From the NCBI GenBank assembly GCA_049513715.1, contig JBEKVV010000002.1, positions 480,001 through 544,000 of the forward strand: DNA of 64,000 nt, written 5' to 3'. The translations under genes were made by a program, and so were the position numbers. Below are positions 58,652 through 64,000 of this stretch, one piece after another. Position 1 is the stretch's first letter; each line of letters starts with the position of its first letter. The stretch is from Candidatus Bathyarchaeia archaeon (lineage in GTDB: Archaea > Thermoproteota > Bathyarchaeia > 40CM-2-53-6). The notes under the pieces were generated by a model, which was given only the letters and a program-made list of their open reading frames with translations, ran no database searches and was not told the DNA's origin.

Positions 58652-59629
58652 TTGACAGCCAAACTCAGCCTCATTCGTACAGCAGTCGGCAGTCCCCCGG
58701 CCGCAGGGCTAATAGTTCTGCTAAGGGCGAGGGGTGTGCGTGTGATCGGAACTGATAGCAACCCGTTTTCCTCAGGCCTGTACCTAGCAAGCAAAGGTTA
58801 TGTTGTGCCAGAAGCCAGCGATCCGCAATATCTAGATGAACTGTTGAAGATTAGTGATAAAGAGAAACCGAAGCTCATAATCTCTGGCCCCGAAGAAGAG
58901 ACCCTCAAACTCTCCAAGAACAGAACATCATTTGACGAACGGCGTATCTTGCTTCTGTGTCCAGATCACGCGACTGCATCGACATTCGCAGACAAGATCA
59001 AGACTCATGAGAGTTTCACTCGATTCAGAATTCCCACCCCGGAAATTTATGACGTAGATAGTGCGCGTTTTCCATGCATCCTGAAACCTCGATTTGGCAG
59101 GGGAGGCCGGCAGGTCTTCAAGGTCGAAAATCGAGAAGAGCTGAACGCTCTGATTAGGCGGGTGAGCGATCCCGTAGTACAAGAGTACGTCGACGGAGAG
59201 GAGTACTCCGTCGACACTTTCGCGGATATGGGAGCCAATCCATTGTCGGTAGTTCCTAGACTCAGACTTAGAGTTGAGTCAGGAGTTTCTGTCAAGGGCA
59301 TGACGGTTCAGGATGAGGAGATTATCCACATTTGTGAGCAAATGGTGAAGGACTTCAAGCTCGCAGGCCCCGCCTGCATACAATGCGTCAAACGTGAGGG
59401 GGAACTCAGGTTCACAGAAGTCAATACGAGGTTTGGTGGAGGCTCCATTTTGTCAATGAAAGCCGATCCCTCCATAGTTAGCAATATCATACGCCTGGGA
59501 CTCGGAAGAACGCCAATTCGGAGCAAGGGATTCAGAGCCGGGTTGGTCATGTTGAGGTACTATTCTGAAGTCTATCTCTCGGAACGTCAGGTGAAGAAGA
59601 GTATCATGGGGAAAGGAAAAATAGGATGA
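58652..59629 (+). CDS. ATP-grasp domain protein
   Basis: DKIKT, LKPRFGRGG, VQEYVDGEEYSVD, EVNTRFGGG. Confidence 0.9.
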   Translation: MTAKLSLIRTAVGSPPAAGLIVLLRARGVRVIGTDSNPFSSGLYLASKGYVVPEASDPQYLDELLKISDKEKPKLIISGPEEETLKLSKNRTSFDERRILLLCPDHATASTFADKIKTHESFTRFRIPTPEIYDVDSARFPCILKPRFGRGGRQVFKVENREELNALIRRVSDPVVQEYVDGEEYSVDTFADMGANPLSVVPRLRLRVESGVSVKGMTVQDEEIIHICEQMVKDFKLAGPACIQCVKREGELRFTEVNTRFGGGSILSMKADPSIVSNIIRLGLGRTPIRSKGFRAGLVMLRYYSEVYLSERQVKKSIMGKGKIG

Positions 59630-60288
59630 TTAAGTCGATCGTTTTCGATTTGGACAACACGCTCTACGACGCCCGCCAATACTTCTCAGGAGCCTTCAAG
59701 GACATCGCGAAATACCTCTCTGCCCAATATGGCCTATCGCAGCGAAAGGCCTGGAAAGTCTTGATGGACACTTGGGTGAAGAGGACGAGTGCGTACCCGT
59801 ACTTGTTTGACGATGCGTTGGCTTCTCTTGGTGTTAGGTGTGATATGAAACAACTAGTTAGAGTCTTTAACAACTACTCCGCGGAAATAACTCCGTATCA
59901 CGATACTGTGCCCACTCTGAGGGCTCTGAGGAGGAGAGAAGTGAAACTTGGAATTCTGACCGAAGGTAACCCTTCCAGGCAGAGAAGAAAGATACGGCTG
60001 CTTGGGCTCCGAGATCTCTTCAAAGTAGTTGTGGTTGTAGGAAAGGGGACTTCCAAATCATCTCCCAAGCCATTCTTGAGGACACTTAGGGCTTTGAGGG
60101 GAAGACCAAATGAGAGCCTATATGTTGCTGACAATCCTCTCTTGGACTTTCGTGGTGCCAAGACTGCAGGGATGGGAACGGTGAGGCTCTTAAGAGGGGA
60201 ATTCAAACGCGTTCCCAAGAACGAAGACATTGACCTGGAAATTCGGAGGCTTGGGCGAATACTCTCAATCCAGAGACAACCCGCATGA
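59626..60288 (+). CDS. HAD family hydrolase
   Basis: FDLDNTLYD, LTEG, K, VADNP..D; ATGA overlap. Confidence 0.88.
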   Translation: MIKSIVFDLDNTLYDARQYFSGAFKDIAKYLSAQYGLSQRKAWKVLMDTWVKRTSAYPYLFDDALASLGVRCDMKQLVRVFNNYSAEITPYHDTVPTLRALRRREVKLGILTEGNPSRQRRKIRLLGLRDLFKVVVVVGKGTSKSSPKPFLRTLRALRGRPNESLYVADNPLLDFRGAKTAGMGTVRLLRGEFKRVPKNEDIDLEIRRLGRILSIQRQPA

Positions 60289-61445
60289 AACCTCGAGAAA
60301 TCGCAGTGGTAACGGGGTCCCGGGCAGAGTACGGCATGTTGAAGCCGTTGCTGGAGAAGATTCAGAAATCAAAACGCTTGAGGCTGCGACTGGTTGTAAC
60401 GGGCATGCATCTTTTGAGGGAACATGGCCTGACTCTCCGAGAAATTGAGAAGGACGGTTTCAAACCCGCAGCCAAGGTCCCAATGTACTCGGGCGATTCC
60501 TCCCAAGAAGAGTATTTTGGAAAAAGCTTAGCACGTGGCATCGCAGGTCTCTCTGAGGCGCTCAAGGAAATTCGGCCAGACCTGCTTGTGGTTTTAGGTG
60601 ATAGGCTGGAGTCGCTGGCGGCCACTCTGGCGGCGGCGACGTTGAGGATTCCGATTGCCCACGTGGAAGCCGGTGATAAGACTGACAGTGGGCATATTGA
60701 TGAACCGATTCGGCACTCGATCACGCGGTTTGCTAACGTCCTCTTCGCGGCGACATTGAGGAGTGCGAAGAGGCTGATTGAGATGGGAGAGGAGAGTTGG
60801 AGGGTTCATAGGGTTGGGGCGCTGGGGCTTGATGCAATTTTGAATTATCCACCTATCTCCGAGAAAAAGTTGGCTGAGAAATTTCACTTAGACACTAGTG
60901 AACCGTACGCGCTTGTGGTTTTTCACCCCGTTCACTTGGAGAAGGAAAGCGCCGGGAGGCAGATGCGAGAGGTCATTGATGCTCTGAAGGAATTGAAACC
61001 AATTTCCATCATTATTTATCCGAACAACGACCCGGGAAGCGAGCACATAATTGCTGAGATTGAGAAATCGAGGAACCTGCCATTTGTGAGAATCTATCGC
61101 AACCTGCCTCACGATGAGTATGTCAGCCTGCTGAAGCACGCGGGGGTGTTGGTTGGAAATTCGAGCAGCGGTATCATCGAAGCCCCTTCACTTGGTATTC
61201 CTGTGGTTAATGTTGGTTCTAGGAATGTTGGGAGGGAGCATGCGCAAAACGTAATATTCGTACCCCCAAGAAAGAACCCGATCATAAATGCGATCAAGAA
61301 AGCATTACACGACTACGGGTTCAGGAAGTCGCTTAGGAAGCGCCGAAACCCATATGGTGACGGTAAAGCCAGCGAGAGAATCGTGAGGGTTTTGGCAAAC
61401 GTACAGTTCAATACCAAATTGCTGCAGAAGCGGGTAACGTACTGA
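60285..61445 (+). CDS. neuC: Hydrolysing NDP-GlcNAc/diNAcBac 2-epimerase (NeuC/LegG)
   Basis: TGSRAEY, TGMHL, LGDR, IDEPIRH, GNSSSGIIEAP, YGDG. Confidence 0.95.
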   Translation: MKPREIAVVTGSRAEYGMLKPLLEKIQKSKRLRLRLVVTGMHLLREHGLTLREIEKDGFKPAAKVPMYSGDSSQEEYFGKSLARGIAGLSEALKEIRPDLLVVLGDRLESLAATLAAATLRIPIAHVEAGDKTDSGHIDEPIRHSITRFANVLFAATLRSAKRLIEMGEESWRVHRVGALGLDAILNYPPISEKKLAEKFHLDTSEPYALVVFHPVHLEKESAGRQMREVIDALKELKPISIIIYPNNDPGSEHIIAEIEKSRNLPFVRIYRNLPHDEYVSLLKHAGVLVGNSSSGIIEAPSLGIPVVNVGSRNVGREHAQNVIFVPPRKNPIINAIKKALHDYGFRKSLRKRRNPYGDGKASERIVRVLANVQFNTKLLQKRVTY

Positions 61446-61455
61446 GGGTTGAGGG

Positions 61456-62208
61456 ATGGCGCAGGAGAAATGGGACGAGATCTACACGAAACGGTTCGGT
61501 GGAATGTGGTACCCAGATGAAGGTCTCGTCAGGTTCGTCGCAAGATCCCTGCGAAGGAGAGTAGGGGTGGATGCTTATGAAGAAAAACGACCCGTCGGGA
61601 AAGTCCTTGATGCAGGTTGCGGCCATGGTAGGCATTTAGTGTTCTTTGCGGAGCAGGGGTTCGAAATCTACGGCGCAGACATTTCGAAGGACGGTCTGCA
61701 GGTCGCTCGTGCGTGGTTGAGGAAAAGAGGATTGACGGCTTACCTGCAGGCCGGGGATTTAACAAAGCTGCCCTTCCGGCCGGAAACCTTCGATGTAGTG
61801 GTTTCCTATGGGGTGCTTGACCACATCCATGCTGGGCAGGCAGTCGAGGCGATGCATGAATTCGGGAGAGTGTGTACGAAAGGAGCCTATGTTTACGTGA
61901 CCCTAAGGTCCACGGAAGACTGTGAATACGGGCGCGGTGAGAAGACCGAACGCAACACCTTCGTCCTTCAGGAGGGTTATGAGAAGGGCTTGATCCAGCA
62001 CTTCTATGACTTACAGGACCTGTCAGAATTGTTGAAGGGTTTTCGGGTCTTGGATATTGAATGCCATGAAGAGAGTTTCCCACGTTCCTTCAGTGTAGAC
62101 AAGGCATTTCTGCAGAGTTCGCGAGGGTTCGGAGGGCAAGTCGATCTATCGAATCTAGGTTCATTCCTGAAATATTCTAGGTGGCATATTGCCGCCGAGA
62201 AGGTATAG
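61456..62208 (+). CDS. Class I SAM-dependent methyltransferase
   Basis: YPDE, LDAGCGHG, LPF..FDVV..GVLDH. Confidence 0.88.
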   Translation: MAQEKWDEIYTKRFGGMWYPDEGLVRFVARSLRRRVGVDAYEEKRPVGKVLDAGCGHGRHLVFFAEQGFEIYGADISKDGLQVARAWLRKRGLTAYLQAGDLTKLPFRPETFDVVVSYGVLDHIHAGQAVEAMHEFGRVCTKGAYVYVTLRSTEDCEYGRGEKTERNTFVLQEGYEKGLIQHFYDLQDLSELLKGFRVLDIECHEESFPRSFSVDKAFLQSSRGFGGQVDLSNLGSFLKYSRWHIAAEKV

Positions 62209-62218
62209 AGTGGCCGAG

Positions 62219-62881
62219 ATGAGAGTACTCGTAGTGGCGCCTCATCCTGACGATGAGGTGCTTGGAGTAGGCGGCACCATAGCGAAACACAGCATGAAGA
62301 AGGATGAGGTCTACCTTTGCATCGTCACGAAGGCATACACGCCCGACTGGTCGGAGCAGTTTATTGGAAACCGGAAGACCGAGGTGCTCAAGGTTAACGA
62401 GATCCTAGGAATCAAGAAAACGCATTTCCTCGATTTTCCGACAGTGAAACTCGACACAGTCCCTCAAAAAGAACTCAACGACAGAATTGCTGGATACGTC
62501 AAAGAAGTATCGCCGGACATCGTTTACGCGCCGCATAGAGGGGATGTAAACGTGGATCACAGGCTGGTTTTCGAGGCAACCTTCGTGGCGACTCGTCCGA
62601 CCGTCAACCCTGTGAGCAAACTGCTCACGTATGAGACGCCTTCTGAAACGGACCTTGCCCCGCCCTTTAGCGTCAACGTCTTTATTCCGAACGTGTACGT
62701 TGACATATCTGAAACACTCGAGACTAAGATCAGAGCGATGAGTGTCTACACGTCTGAGGTCAAGGAGTTTCCGCACCCGCGTTCCGTGAAACTTCTTTCA
62801 GCCCTTGCGACGAAACGAGGCGCCGAAGCTGGATTGCATGCGGCTGAAGCGTTCATGTTGATGAGAGAAATAGTCCGATGA
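62219..62881 (+). CDS. PIG-L/LmbE family N-deacetylase
   Basis: APHPDDE, HRGDVNVDH, YET, FPHPRS. Confidence 0.9.
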   Translation: MRVLVVAPHPDDEVLGVGGTIAKHSMKKDEVYLCIVTKAYTPDWSEQFIGNRKTEVLKVNEILGIKKTHFLDFPTVKLDTVPQKELNDRIAGYVKEVSPDIVYAPHRGDVNVDHRLVFEATFVATRPTVNPVSKLLTYETPSETDLAPPFSVNVFIPNVYVDISETLETKIRAMSVYTSEVKEFPHPRSVKLLSALATKRGAEAGLHAAEAFMLMREIVR

Positions 62882-63048
62882 GCTGGTTTGCTCGCGCAGA
62901 GACCACTGCGACATGAGAGGTTTTGAAGTGCTGAAACACAAGCGACCGCCCTCCGCAGGGATAAATTATGCCCGACCGCTGCTAAGCCTTTGATACTCTA
63001 TCCGTAACTTGAAATATCCTGTGAAGCGTGGTAGGCGAAGATTCCATT

Positions 63049-64000
63049 ATGGACAGACTCCGCGTGGCCGTGATTGGTGCCGGGGGCATGGCGCGGCGGC
63101 ATATGGAGGTGCTCAGCTCTCTTGCAGATGTGGAACTCGCAGCCCTGAGCAGCCGTGGCGTTGAGAAACTTGAGAAGTTGGCGAAAGAGTTCGGGATTCC
63201 AGATCGGTATCGGGACAATGAGCAAATGCTTGAAAAGGTACGGCCGGACGCGGTTATTGTTGCGGTAAGCGCATTGAACAATTATGAAGTGACTTTGTCC
63301 TGCATCAAGCGACGCGTACCCACTCTTCTGGAGAAGCCGCCAGGACTGACGGTGGCAGAAAGCGAACGCCTGCTGCAAGCATCAAAAGAATACCCCGGCC
63401 AGTACATGGTGGCGCTCAACCGAAGGTTCTACAGCATCGTTCAGGCTGGAAAGAAACTCCTTGACGAATCGGGTGGGCTTGTCTCTGTGTTGGTTCAAGC
63501 GCCTGAGGACATTGCGGCTATACGGGCGATGAATTTTCATCCGCCCGAGGTTTTGACTCATGTGCCCGCGGCAAACGGAATTCATTGCATTGACCTGTTG
63601 CGCTTTTTCGGCGGAGATGTTCTTCAGGTTCATGCGTTGTCGTCTATTTGGAGGGACACTGTGCGGAATAGTTACGGAGCGGTTTTGCGGTTCAAGAGCG
63701 GAGTCATAGGACACTATGTTGCCAACTGGACTGCGCCGGGTCGTTGGGAAGTTACACTTTACGGGTTCGACATGAGGGTTGACTACAGCCCGCTGGAGAG
63801 CGCGTCGGTAACCCGGCGGGATGGGTCAAAATCAGATGTCCCCAAAGAAGACGTAGACATGAAGTTCAAACCCGGATTCTACAAGCAAGACCGATTCTTC
63901 ATGGACCGCGTTAAAGACGGAGGCAGGATTGAACGCCCTGCAGCTGACCTAGAGGACGCACTGGGCACAATGCGACTTGTGGAGGCAATAGCGTGCTCGC
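63049..64000 (+). CDS. Gfo/Idh/MocA oxidoreductase, runs off the window end (not in ORF track)
   Basis: MDRLRVAVIGAGGM...EKPP..NRRF..IHCID; no stop before 64000. Confidence 0.88.
   Translation, partial: MDRLRVAVIGAGGMARRHMEVLSSLADVELAALSSRGVEKLEKLAKEFGIPDRYRDNEQMLEKVRPDAVIVAVSALNNYEVTLSCIKRRVPTLLEKPPGLTVAESERLLQASKEYPGQYMVALNRRFYSIVQAGKKLLDESGGLVSVLVQAPEDIAAIRAMNFHPPEVLTHVPAANGIHCIDLLRFFGGDVLQVHALSSIWRDTVRNSYGAVLRFKSGVIGHYVANWTAPGRWEVTLYGFDMRVDYSPLESASVTRRDGSKSDVPKEDVDMKFKPGFYKQDRFFMDRVKDGGRIERPAADLEDALGTMRLVEAIACS

Overview
Archaeal chromosomal window, probably a TACK-lineage archaeon such as Bathyarchaeia. This is inferred from PEF/PGF-CTERM tails, a Ser-type archaeosortase, TrmI, DUF2116, an HMG-CoA synthase-DUF35 fusion, TATA-type promoters and many TTG starts. 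(1) 1-23.9 kb is a cell-envelope locus. It encodes an M6 metalloprotease with a PGF-CTERM tail, a 1471-aa S-layer-like protein with a PEF-CTERM tail, and a transmembrane receptor-like KaiC/RecA ATPase fusion with a soluble KaiC partner. These are followed by a co-directional run of three GT-C type membrane glycosyltransferases, a dolichol-phosphate-sugar synthase and a thaumarchaeosortase-like enzyme with small membrane partners. This run is the best candidate for an undescribed system, possibly a GPI-like glycolipid anchoring or coupled sorting-glycosylation pathway. (2) 24-44 kb holds mixed housekeeping, transport and small Zn-finger genes: radical SAM/SPASM, trmI, gdhA, two APC permeases, a nucleotidyltransferase/metallophosphoesterase pair, an ABC transporter, GOLD-like and SWIB-like proteins and HMGCS-DUF35. 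Three small ORFs here are absent from the supplied track. (3) 44-64 kb is a surface-glycan cluster making a heavily tailored nonulosonic acid (neuB, neuC, cytidylyltransferase, dehydratase, two aminotransferases, oxidoreductases, ATP-grasp, deacetylase, methyltransferase, asnB), interrupted by nadE and one frameshifted gene. I recognised no rRNA, tRNA, CRISPR array or mobile element. All family calls are by eye from motifs; no searches were run.
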